The notes: a model not told the origin generated them from the sequence alone. DNA of 64,000 bases from Octopus sinensis (GCF_006345805.1 NC_042998.1:175460001-175524000); one strand, 5' to 3'; positions 12,425 to 24,236 are shown, counted from the first letter of the stretch. Translations and numbers: made by a program.

Positions 12425-14505
12425 TGTAAAACGACTGTGAAAGAGAGGTGACGAGATTGGCTCCTTTAGTACACCACACGGTCAATTACAATGAATGCGA
12501 AAAGTACAAATGAGTACAAGTGCCAGAAGGAAAAAAGAGACACAACCGGTATTTATAGGTTAATTATGTGTGTCTGCATGTGCATCATCATCATCATCGT
12601 TTAACGTCCGTTTTCCATGCTAGCATGGGTTAGACAGTTTGACCGGAGTCTGCACCAGGCTCCAGTCTGATCTTGCAGTGTTTCTACAGCTAGATGCCCT
12701 TCCTAACGCCAACCACTCCGTGAGTGTAGTGGGTGCTTTTTACGTGCCACCGGCACAGGTGCCAAGGGAGGCTGGCAGCAGCCACGATCAGTTGGTGCTT
12801 TTTACGTGCCACCGGCATGGAAGCCAGTCAAGGTGGCGCTGGCATCGGCCACGTTTGGATGGTGCTTTTTACATGCCACCGGCACAGGTATTACAACTAC
12901 AATTTCCATTTGATTTTTATTTTGATATTGATGTACTTGATTCAATAGGTCTCCTCAAGCACAGCAGGTCACCCTATGATCCAAGGTAAGCATAGCAGGC
13001 CATCCTGTGATCCAAGGTACTTTGGACGGGCTGGGGTTGCTATGTGAAGCTGGTGCAGGAAACAGCCATAAACTCATGTTATTTGTCGGGTCTTCACAGT
13101 CACAGCATATCTCCAGAGATCTTGATCTTTCGTCATTGCCTCTGTGAGGCCCAATGTTCAAAAGTCATGCTTGACCACCTCATCCCATGTCTTCCTAGGT
13201 CTACCTCTACCCCGGATTCCTTCAACTGTTTGGGAGTGGCACTTTTTCACACATCTCTCCTCATCCATCCATAGTACATGACCATACCAGCGCAAACGTC
13301 TCTCTTGCACGCCACATCTGATGCTTCTTATGTCCAACATTTTTCTCAGGATGCTTGCACTCTGTCGTGTGTGCACACTGACATTACACATCTAACGGAT
13401 CATGCTAGCTTCATTTCTTTCAAGCCTACACATGTCCTCTGCAGTGACAACTCATGTTTCACTGCCGTGAAGCATGGCAGTTCTCACACATGCGTCGTAC
13501 AATCTACCTTTCACTCTGAGTGAGAGACCCTTTATCACCAGTAGGGGTAGAAGCTTTCTAAACTTTGCCCAGGCTATTCGTATTCTAGTGGTGATACTCT
13601 CTGAGCATCCACCTCCACTACTAACTTGGTCACCCCTGGAGTGTGATGGAATCTGTTTTCTGAGTATCTGTGGTGTCTATTGCCTTTGTGCATCTGCCGC
13701 ACATGAAAGTTATCTTCTTGGTAATTTTCCTCTGATGTTGCTGCACCTCTTATGCGTCCATAGCCTACACTGGGTACATCTTATGAAGTTTCTACCTAAC
13801 AATAGACAGGCCATCATGTTTACATAATGTGTATGTAGAAACATAGATGTATGCGTGTGCGTTAAGTACAGAGCATTGAAAGAGTCTATAATAGGATGCT
13901 AGAAGAATGTTCAGACACAATGATGATAAATACCAGTTTGTGGTTTAAGTACACGATAGTTGAAGTGCTGTAACAAGAAGTTAAGACTGTAATGCAGAAC
14001 CAATTGAGGCACATGTCATGTGGGAAGCTGTGGCTACTATGCAGAGCCGGTTGATTGTTACAGGAGTTCTTGCAGGTTGTATTTGCTGTTAACCATGGTG
14101 AAGTAATTCACAGTGTTGAAATAGAACCTGTGCGAGGGTTGCTGTGTACATAGAGAGATGTTGACACTAAGATGCTGGCGAAGGAAATGGAGGTCTTGAA
14201 TGTTGCTGGACGAAGTGTTGATAAGTCTCCATGTGGCTGCTGGTGTGTTGTCACTGGAACTGGCTGTGTGCTCTGTGGTCAGTGGCTAGACCTTAAGAGG
14301 TCTGGAATTGAAAGATGAAAGATGGTGTTGAAGCTAGCATTTTATACTGTACTATTGGCTCACTGGAAAATTGGAAGAGACTGTCTGTCATGACCTTATC
14401 AGATAACAGAGTAAGAGACAAAAGTGCGCCAATACCAACCAACAAGGACCAAAAGGGCAGCCGAAGGCTAGCTGTTATCTACTACATCTGTATTCATGTA
14501 TATAT
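12425..14505 (-). mobile_element. Long LTR-like element (copy 1) interrupted by an RTE insertion
   Basis: Reverse complement aligns by eye with 21870-23052 (GTAGTAGATAACAGCTAGCCTTCGGC; TATAAAATGCTAG; CCGGTTGTGTC...AAAGGAGCCA...TACA end). Confidence 0.7.
12583..13790 (-). mobile_element. 5'-truncated RTE LINE (PHD-RTE family): RT C-terminus, 3' UTR and (GAT)n
   Basis: ERRLRWYGHVLWMDEERCVKKC...RGRGRPRKTWDEVVKHD on the minus strand; (CAT)n at the left end. Confidence 0.9.
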
Positions 14506-14753
14506 AACAGAGAGAGAGAGGAATTTCACTAAGCGTATGCTACATATGTATGTATGTATGTGTGTGTGTGTATACATATATAATTTTTAAGAAAACATAA
14601 ATCCACAGAAGAAGCACACTCTAAAAAGTAGAGCAATCTATATATTTTCCTGGTGAAGGCCGGTTTATGGGGTTCCCATCCATAAGGGTTTAACTTTATA
14701 GCTTATCGTCAGACCCTAAGACTTGTTGGTCGAAGACTTAAAAAAATCTTTTT

Positions 14754-14866
<113 letters not shown>

Positions 14867-14867
14867 G

Positions 14868-15006
14868 GTAAACAGTAAAAATAATTACAGACATGGACAA
14901 GAACATGAAACACCACAGAGACGACACAAGAACCACAGGACGGGACATTCGAAGCCCTCAGTCATCAGTCAAGAACCAGATCATCTTAGCAATTTCGGCT
15001 GATTAA
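14868..15006 (-). mobile_element. Probable Penelope-like element relic with degenerate hammerhead core
   Basis: Minus strand reads CTGATGA-CTGAGGGCTTC-GAAT-GTC followed by a GT-rich tail; embedded in (TA)n. Confidence 0.4.
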
Positions 15007-15439
15007 CACACATATATATAATCACTGCTGAACGTCTGACTTTGTGAGGGTCAAACATCCTGCTTCGGGTACAACAGTCTGGTTTTTGAGCATTATGCCA
15101 CCTTTGTCATTATTTTGGAACTTGACTGAAAAACATGATGCACTTAATACAGTGACAATTTTTATCTGAATTTATAAAAAAAAAATCAAGTGGTGTGTGT
15201 GGGGGGATTAACATGAATACAAACATGTACATACACCCACAAACACGCACACACATGTATTTATGCAGGTATGTAAACATGTATGTACGTATGGATGGAT
15301 AAATGCATGTGTATACACACACACACATATATATATATTTATATATATGTTTATGCATAAGTGTATACGTTTGTGTATTTGTCTGTATGTGTGTGTGTGC
15401 GTGCATGAGCCGTGTAATGACGTGTTATGTCATTATTCT

Positions 15440-15605
15440 TTTCCTTTCCTTTGGGACTTTTACATCTTTCCTCTTTCTGACGAAGAGCCATGCTTAGAAC
15501 GTCACACCCACTTTTTTCCATAACTTTTTCTGAGCATGTCTATTCACTGTGTATATTCATATTTTTGTCGTTTTTCTCCTTTTGTTTTTATTTTTGATTT
15601 GCCTA
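15440..15605 (+). mobile_element. Probable Penelope-like pLTR relic with minimal hammerhead-like core
   Basis: CTGACGA-A-GAGC-CAT-GCTT-AGAA-CGTC; paralogous to 32850-33015. Confidence 0.55.
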
Positions 15606-15878
15606 TATATATATATAATTAATAGTTAAGGAATGTAATATATATATATGAGAGAGAACGAGAGAGAGAGAAAGAGACAGAGAGAGAGAGAGAGAGAAAG
15701 AGAGGGAGAGAGAGAGAGAAAATATGTAGTTCAGTGTCAAGATTTAATGTTATATTAACAGAAAACCTCTCCACAGATTCTTTAAGGGATGTAAATTGTC
15801 AATTGTTTTTGAAAAAAATATGAAAATAGTTAACTTTCTTGTTATGGAGAATGTATGTGTGTGTGTTTATATATGTGT

Positions 15879-15968
<90 letters not shown>

Positions 15969-16051
15969 CTACATGATATCAACATATGCAATGTCCATCT
16001 TTTGGAAATGAGTTGTATATACTGTACATTAATTTAATAAAAAGTACAAGT

Positions 16052-16086
<35 letters not shown>

Positions 16087-16709
16087 GGTTGCGTTTAAGC
16101 TAAAAGTTCCAAGTATAAAATAACAAAAACAAAGAGGAGTTACTGATGCCGGGTTTTGCTGATCGAGCGACACTCAACCTACGCTAGTTTGCACTACTGT
16201 GACATGACCTTTTGTACCAACTTGCATATCCTTCCGCTCAAGTTGTATGCTAGAATTATTGTTTAAAATAATGCACATTTAATATCGATTAAAAAGAACT
16301 TTGATTTATAAAAAAACAACAAAAAACAAAAACAAAATGTCCTAAAAATGACCTTAAGTATTTCAGATATCGCAAACTGTTTGCGTAACTGTTCCCGGCT
16401 TTTAGACGTGGGACTTGTTGCACTTACTCCAGTGTAGCAGTGAACAATAGTATTCTGTATGTACGGATTACAAGAAGTGATATAATCGACTTTGCTATTA
16501 TGCGACTAGATCTTACACTTAACTCTCAAATATAGTTTAAACATAGTAATTGCTTACTCTTTTCCTTTTAATTCATTTTACTTACCCAGATAAAACTGTG
16601 TCATAGAGTTAATATAAAACGAACAAACAAACAAAAAAAACGAGCTTCAAACTGATGATATCTATGAGTGTATCAACGCAAGGAAAACTACCCAACCTTC
16701 GTCTTTATA

Positions 16710-17348
16710 ATAATGGTTGCAAATTTTGCCATAAGGACAGCCATTTTGAGGGAGGGGATAAGTGGATTACATCGACCCAAGTGTTTCACTGGTACTTAAT
16801 TTATCGACCCCGAAAGGACGAAAGCAAAATCGGGATCTTTTCGGTTTGAACGGCAGTTTTTAAAAATAGTTTCCACGTAACTAAACACTTTTAAACTTCG
16901 TATACTGGTAGAATGTGTTTGTAAAACATCTTTTTCTCTTGGCTTTATTGAGAAAATTCTATAGTTTGTAAGATATTTGTTGTTTTTTTCTTCTTCAATT
17001 TCTGCAATTTCAACCAATCAATGACGTCTATTGAGGTGAAAACATTCTGTGCCGTATGAATACGTCCCTCGTTTAATAAACAGATTGGGTTTATTTACAT
17101 TTCTAAAGAAAAAAAGATACCCCCCACCCCTAACCCTAACCCCAAAACAGATTGAAATGCAATAGATCGATACTAGGGTCATAATTATGGGAGACAATTT
17201 CATATGACACCGCTAGAAAATCTGCCGTTCAAACCGAAAAGATCCCAAAATCGACCTCGGTGGAATTTAAACTCGGAACATAAAGACGGACGAAACACCG
17301 CTAAGCATTTTACCCAGTGTACTAACGATTTTGCCAGTTCGTCGCCTT
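16710..17348 (-). mobile_element. Family B SINE split by a MITE
   Basis: The two halves rejoin across the AAAATC duplication: ...GACGAAAGC-AAAATC-GACCTCGGTGGAATTT... Confidence 0.85.
16832..17246. mobile_element. Unclassified MITE: 25 bp perfect TIRs, 6 bp TSD, telomere-like internal repeats
   Basis: GGGATCTTTTCGGTTTGAACGGCAG...CTGCCGTTCAAACCGAAAAGATCCC. AAAATC on both sides. Internal CCCTAACCCTAACCCC. Partial relatives at 20723-20936 and ~26680-26956. Confidence 0.9.
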
Positions 17349-17585
17349 AATAATAATAATAATTCTTTCTACTAAAGGCACAAGGTCTGAAATTTGTGGA
17401 GTGGGTGGGGACCAGTCAATTACATCGACCCTAGTGATTCATTGGTACTTATTTCATTGATCCCCAAAAGGATGAAAGTCAAAGTCGACCTCGGCGGAAT
17501 TTGAATTCAGAACGTAAAGACAGACGAAATGCCTCTAACTATATTGGCCATCGTGCTAACGATTCTACCACCTCGCCATCTTTAT

Positions 17586-17645
<60 letters not shown>

Positions 17646-18038
17646 TCTTAAACATTCTCTTGAACAATACTATGTACAAAACAAAATATATGGCACCCTA
17701 GGCATAACACCAACATGAACTTCCAACTTGTCTCTTTAGGTCTCTGGGTGAGACTTGGAGCCAACTTGTACAAATGTAAGGCAAAAGTCAAACATAAAAT
17801 AATAATAATAATAATAATAATAATAATTCTTTCTACTAAAGGCACAAGGTCTGAAATTTGTGGAGTGGGTGGGGACCAGTCAATTACATCGACCCTAGTG
17901 ATTCATTGGTACTTATTTCATTGATCCCCAAAAGGATGAAAGGTGTACCTTTATCAAACGGGTAGTCATGATGGGTATATTGGGCTTCGTATATTTTACC
18001 CCAGTGTCACTTTGATGGCATGCACTGCTCTCTCACTC

Positions 18039-18071
<33 letters not shown>

Positions 18072-18282
18072 CCTTTCTCCTACAGACACAAGGCCTGAAA
18101 TTTGGGGGAGGGGGCTAGTCAATTACATCGACCCTAGTGCATCACTGGTACTTAATTTATCGACTCCGAAAGGATGGATGGCAAAGTCGACCTCTGCAGA
18201 ATTAGAACTCGGAACATAAAGACGGACGAAATAACGCTAAGCGTTCCGCCCAACATGCTGACAATTCTGCCAGTTTCGCAAC
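17349..18282 (-). mobile_element. Stack of family B SINEs and short retroelement 3' ends within (TAA)n tracts
   Basis: SINE copies at ~17365-17580, 17826-17942 (partial) and 18072-18280, each abutting (TAA)n. Confidence 0.85.
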
Positions 18283-20722
18283 TTTCATCCACCTTTTCAT
18301 AAATTCACTTGAGGACAGCAACTCCCTCTCCACCCTCACTTTCTTTTTCAAGTCTATGAGGGCTTTACCAAAGAGGACAGTTTCTGTCCTCATTCCTTTC
18401 AGCCTCGTCCACTAGATAACCTCTTTCGCCACAGCCACCAGACAAAGGAAAACTGCCTTGCCAGCCCGATTAAAGGAGGGTGATGAGGCAATCATAATTA
18501 TGGACTTGGATGACAGACTGATCTCTCCTACATGCGATAGCAGCTGTTCGACATAACTCCACAAGTCAGCAATGCCCGGACACTGAACGAGTGCATGCAG
18601 AACAATTTCGTCGGACAAGCCCGTCTGACAGTAGATCTGTGCCTGTAGAGTTTATCGCGAACCGGTAGCGCCCCCTGCTAGCACTGCCAGGCCAAAGACA
18701 TCTGGAAATTATCCATAACAGTCCCCGACCGGAAAGTCCTCTGGAATAGTCTTGCCAGTTCGTCTTCGTCGACTCCTCGGGTCACCCCGAGGACATCGTC
18801 GCACTTCCCCGCTACTAATCCTCTGTAAATATCTAAAGTAGAACATCCACCGATCTTATTGCCCGATTTGTAGAGGACAGTGAGCGCTTGACGACATTCT
18901 AAGTGCCAGGCGCCCAATCTCGGCCTATCCTTTACCCAGGACTGCAGCTCCATCAAGGAGAAAAGCTGCAGAAAAGTGTGACTCACAAACGGAGCCCACA
19001 CAGTTCACATTCTAGAAATTGCTGCAGGTGGCCAACCTGATTGCATGTCTGTGCATTAAAAACCATGGCATGCATAAGCCGCCATGCAAAGGAAACTGGT
19101 AACAGACCGACCGCTTGACCATTGGAATGTGTCCCTTCCACAAGTAAATAAACAGGATACGCTCCAATCTAACCAAGCAATAACCAGGGCAAGGCACGAC
19201 GGTCAGACGATAAATAATGACAGAGGCAATGTAGGCATCCGTCACCTCTGCCCGACCGTTTAGGGACAACTTTCCCTCTGCCCATTTCTGGGTAAGAGAG
19301 GTCACCCTGTTCGTCACCTCTTCCCAATTCTTACCCACCTGCAGGAGGATAAGAATCGAGAAGAGTTCGAAACGGAGGCCTCTTAACTGTTCCAACTTCC
19401 GCAATAGTGGCTCAAGAGCCAGCACATACAAAAGAGGTGACAGTAGTCAGCCCTGACGGACCAAAAGTGCGATACTAAATATTTCCAATAGGTGGCCATT
19501 TACTTTGACCACCAAGCAGGTGCCTCTGTGCATTGCTGCAATTCACCCTCTGAAAGCAGGTCCGGAACTGGTTACTTTAAGGACAGCTTCCAAGTAGTGA
19601 TGGTCTACTCTATCGAAAGCTTTCAACTAATCTAAATTGATCAGAGCCCCACCTAGCCCACTCTACAAAGGTGGAAGTTGTCGTGAATAGACCTGCTTGG
19701 GATTGCGCACGTTTGTGCCTCCCTGACCAGACTACCAACTACAAGCCCCAACCTTTTCGCTAACACTTTGGCCAAAATCCTAAATTCTGTGTTTAGCAGA
19801 GTTATGGGCCTATAATGGGTCTCGAAGGTTCATGATACCTGCGGAGTACCTTCTCCCATTATAATTATTTTCTGCAGTCTTAGGATCTGGAACTCGAAGA
19901 AGAAGAAACTTACAAGCGGATGCAATTCAATGGTTGTTTATTTTAGTTCTCATTGGTGGGGTTTGCTTCCGACGACCATCTGTATGGCGACGCGTGGTTC
20001 GTTATAGCTCCGTTCACGTGAGATACATTACCTCTGGAGATAACGGGTAAAGTTAGAGCGGGTTAAGAATCCGCTGTGAGCTGCCAGTTTGCAGTAATGT
20101 TCAGCGTAAGCGCGAACACAAGAGAGAGAGAGAGAGGAAGGGTTCCTTAATATACCTCCTTAAATAGATGTTATCCACGATAGTCTCGCTGTGGTCTTGC
20201 GCATGGCAAACATAGTTGTAGGCGAGATCTCGCTCTTGTCTCGGACATGGTAATGGCTGCCGGCGAGATCTCGCACAAAATGGGCTGGTTTCTTGTGTCA
20301 CGCTACAGGCCGAAAATTCCCTAGCACGTTCCCATTGTCGGTGTCCTTTCTCAGCAGTGTTACCATACACCCGGCTAATAGCATTAGGAATTCTCCTGTT
20401 CTGCTGTCAATTACCGTAGACATCTGCCAAGAGGCTGCCAAACAAATCTGGCATGAAAACATAGAATTCGTAGGGTAGACTGTCCAAACTGCGCTATTTG
20501 CGACTTGTGCAATCGCTCATCGCCTCCTGTATTTCAGTGGCTGCAATCGGCTTTTCGCAGGATCTCATGTCTGTTGCCGAAATCCGTGGTAGGCTGTCTA
20601 GGTACGAAGTAAAGTCCATTACTGTCGTCGACCCATCATCCTCCCCAAACAGCCATGCAGAGTGCTGCTGGAAAGCCGCACACATCTGCTTAGAACCGAG
20701 TAGCATGTCCAGATCCATCAAA
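18282..20722 (-). mobile_element. Decayed L1/Tx1-type LINE ORF2 (RT and C-terminal Cys motif)
   Basis: NFRPITLLNTEFRILAKVLAKR (rejoined across the LTR), YVLALEPLLRKL, PLHGGLCMP, EIVLHALVQCP. Many stops and deletions. Confidence 0.85.
19811..20307 (-). mobile_element. Solo LTR inserted into the LINE RT
   Basis: GGCC TSD at 19807-19810 and 20308-20311. Ends TATAAT (probably mutated TGTAAT) and CGCTACA. AATAAA on the minus strand near 19940. Removing it restores the RT frame. Confidence 0.85.
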
Positions 20723-21429
20723 GATCATTATCAGCTGAATACACGTCATTGATTGGTTGAAATTACCGAAATACGACAACTTTAACAAGAAATAACTTCC
20801 AAAATACAGAATTTCCTCTACAACGCCAAGAGTAAAAAATGTTTTACGTGACACAGTCTACCAGTATACGAAGTTTGAAAGTGTTTAGTTACAAAAAATT
20901 ATTTTAAAAATCTGTCGGTCAAAAGGTAAAGATCCCATGTTTCTTCTTAGTTTGAAACTACACTGATATGACGTGTTTTATACACTAAGGTCCAGTATGG
21001 TGTCTTATTGCTTTGTCTAAGGTCAACCATGACTAAGCTGACGATCTATCATCAAAAGTGTTCTAGTTGTCACTATCTCATCTTACACAATGTATCATTC
21101 CTTTATTAAGGGTGAGATGGAGGGAGATTAAGCTGTTATTTCTTGAAGGATAAGTGATTATGTTAAAGCTCTCACTTTGACTTGTGTAGAGTTATTTGGC
21201 TCCTGTAAACTGCTCCTTGTTAAGATGGTAGGGCTGAGTTGAGGGTGGTTTGGATGCTGTTTCTTACAGGTTGGATTCTTGATGAATGATAAATTTGTGA
21301 AAGTATAATCATATAAAATTTCTAACATAATCATAAAATTTTCGATAACATTATCATAACCTACAATTTAAATAAAGTTTATAAAGACAAATTATTTGAG
21401 ATACAATAATTGGTAAACAATAGGATGGA

Positions 21430-21768
21430 ACGTCGGAGTCATCACCAATTGTAACGGTTTGTTGTTAAGGTGTTTGTTGCCAGTATGTAAGAGGGAAGAA
21501 GAACAGTGATCGAAGTTTTATAGAAATATTTATTTACCGTTACTTTGTATATATATCCAAAACCACGACGGGTTGATATGTATAATTAGTAAATGGAAAA
21601 GCATGCGAGGTAAAAAGAGTTCATTTCGGCCGGTATATGTGTACACGATCTCATAGTAGTTTATATAGAGAGATATGGTAATGTTACAGAGAAAAGAAAT
21701 TGAGCTAATCAAAGCGAGAGTGTGGAACGAGACAGCTTCTACGTTGGTTAATTCCATAGTTGTCACTC
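21430..21768 (-). mobile_element. LTR 3' portion with adjacent tRNA-Trp-like primer-binding site
   Basis: Minus strand: AATAAA...CCGTTACA-AT-TGGTGATGACTCCGACGT, close to the complement of the tRNA-Trp 3' end (TGGTGACCCCGACGT). Confidence 0.65.
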
Positions 21769-23052
21769 TGTGAAGTTACCTCAGTCGAGACAGCCTTTCG
21801 CTTGAGCCGGTCAGCCGCCTCTCAGTCACTCCCACTAACTAATTTCTTTAGTAGCGGACTGTTTAGTAGCGTACATGAATACGGACGTAGTAGATAACAG
21901 CTAGCCTTCGGCCGCTTGGACCCTGTTGTGTCCACTACTCTGATTGGCTGGCATTGGCACAATTTGTCTTTTGCTCTATTACGCGCCAATGTGCAACCCA
22001 ACCAATCGCAGCCTTCTGATAAGGTAACGTGAGACAGTCTCTTCCAAACATTCCGGTGAGCCGATAGTTCACTATAAAATGCTAGTTTCAACACCGTATT
22101 GTCAGTCGGTTCCAGACCCTTTTAGGCCTAGCCGCTGACCATACAGGACACAGTCAGTTCCAGCGACAACAGACCACAGCAGCCACATTGGAGACTCAAC
22201 ATTCATCCAACAGCATACAGCAATCTCCATCTCCGTCGCCTTCATCTTAACGTCGTCAACAACATCTCTTTACGTACAGAGCAACCCTCGCTCAGGGTCT
22301 ATCTCAACACTGTTCCTGAATTACTTCACCATGGTAACAGCAAATACAACCTGCGAGAACTCCTGTACCAAATAACCCGGCAGTAGCATTGTAGCCACTA
22401 CTTCGTACAATACGTACCGCACAGGCTCTGCTTCTTCGCCTCAACTTCTTGTTATAGCACTTCACCATCGTGTACTCTGACTACGAACAGCGGTGAGCTG
22501 GCAGAAACGTTAGCATGACAGGCGAAATGCGTAGCCGTATTTTGTCTGCCGTTACGTTCTGAGTTCAAATTCCGCCGAGGTCGACTTTGCCTTTCATCCC
22601 TTCGGGGTCGATTAAATAAGTACCAGTTACGCACTGGGGTCGATGTAATCGACTTAATCCGTTTGTCTGTCCTCGTTTGTCCCCTCTGTGTTTATCCCCT
22701 TGTTGGTAGTAAAGAAATAGGTATTTATCTTCCTTGTGTCTGAACATTCTTCTAACGTCCTATTATAGACTCTTTCAATGCTCTGTATTTTATCTCACAC
22801 GCATACATCCATGCACGCACACACATTATGTTTACATGACGGCCTGTCTATTGTTTTTGTTATATATGTACTTATGATGCACACACATTAATCTATCAAT
22901 AAAATCTTTCTCTTAACATTCTACCGGTTGTGTCGCTCTTTTCCTTCTGGCGCTAATACTCGTTTATTCTTTTCGTATTTATCGTAATCGACAGTGCGGT
23001 GTCATAAAGGAGCCATACTTCGCCACCTCTCTCATCGCACGATCATTCTACA
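21769..23052 (+). mobile_element. Long LTR-like element (copy 2) containing a young family B SINE
   Basis: TG...CTACA ends, TATAAAA at ~22073, AATAAA at ~22898, homology to 12425-14505. No clean TSD seen, so the left boundary is uncertain. Confidence 0.7.
22490..22722 (+). mobile_element. tRNA-derived SINE, family B (young subfamily)
   Basis: GAGCTGGCAGAAACGTTAGC A-box, GAGTTCAAATTCC B-box, core TTTCATCCCTTCGGGGTCGATTAAATAAGTACCAG. Nearly identical to 40552-40785. Confidence 0.9.
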
Positions 23053-23403
23053 CTTTATTTGCCAATACATGGCTAACATAGAGGGGACAGCACAAGGACA
23101 AAACAAAAACATTTAGAGATTGGGGTTATACATTAGTGGGCCTCACAAACATATTAAACCATCAATAAGCAATTAATGACCAATGTGTCTTATATATTTG
23201 ATTCCAAACATTGGAAGTTGTAAACTTTGACTCCAACTGTTATGCTGGCCATACAAGTATGGCAGTCCCTACCAGATCATTATGTTGTTAAATGATGAAC
23301 TTAACAAAATTTTTTTAAATATATTTATACTGAATGTTTTTATTTAAATGCAATCTTTTCAAAATAGAAACAAAACTTATCTCCGGTGAGTTGAAATCAA
23401 AAT

Positions 23404-23697
23404 AGTTAAGAAAATACTATTGAACAAAGTTAACTATATACTAATAAACAGAGCAATGAATACACTATTGAACAGAGTGAAAACACAGAACTATTGAACA
23501 GAGTCAATAATATATTATTGAACAGGGAAAATGCTATTTAGCTGAGTAAAGAAAATGCCATTGAAACAGAAAACAAATAAACTAAAAAGAGTTAAGAAAA
23601 TACTTATCAAACAGAATAAAGAAAGTGCTAGTGAACAGAGTAAAGAATATATCATCAAACTGAATAAACAAAATACTATTGGACAGAGTTAGCTATT
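23404..23697. repeat. Degenerate ~24 bp minisatellite
   Basis: Roughly a dozen diverged copies of AAAATACTATTGAACAGAGT. Confidence 0.75.
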
Positions 23698-24179
23698 CAA
23701 TGAGACATGAAATTTCTCTTGGAGATCATTGCTAAAGTCATTTGAGATTACAATGCAGTCAAGGTTTTTAATGATTGGTATGGTAGAAGGTGAATGATAC
23801 TTTTACTGGAATGTATCTTATAATAATTCTGCTTGTCATTGCGTTACTTATCCCGCGGGTAATGCTTTCACATGATTAGAGAAAAAGGGAGAGAAAAGAG
23901 GGAGGAAGAAAAAGAGGGGAGAGAAACGTCCACGTTGTGACGTAGAGAGAATGTAATTGTTACGCTTTCACGTGATTATTTGAAGGGAAAGAGAGGAGAA
24001 AGAAAAAGGATAGAAAAAGGATAAGGCAAAGATGATACAGAAAAAGGGAGAAAGAAAAAGGAGAGAGAAGCGTTCAAGATGTGCGGTAGGGGGAACGTTA
24101 TATTTATTACGAGGTTTAAAAAGTTAATTGAAGGTAGAGGTGTGATGTTCCGAGGGTGAGTTTAAAGAAAGGTAGAGAG

Positions 24180-24236
<57 letters not shown>

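Noticed and set aside
12732-12886. CRISPR-like repeat-spacer pattern
   Set aside because: Only three units, the spacers are homologous to each other, it lies in a LINE 3' UTR of a eukaryote, and there are no cas genes.
14645-14730. CTGGTGA (plus) and CTGACGA (minus) hammerhead-like boxes
   Set aside because: No intact GAAA box plus cleavage triplet in either orientation.
23835-24115. Possible additional Helitron-like relic with GA-rich repeats
   Set aside because: The TC and CTAG termini are not recognisable, so it is too degenerate to call.
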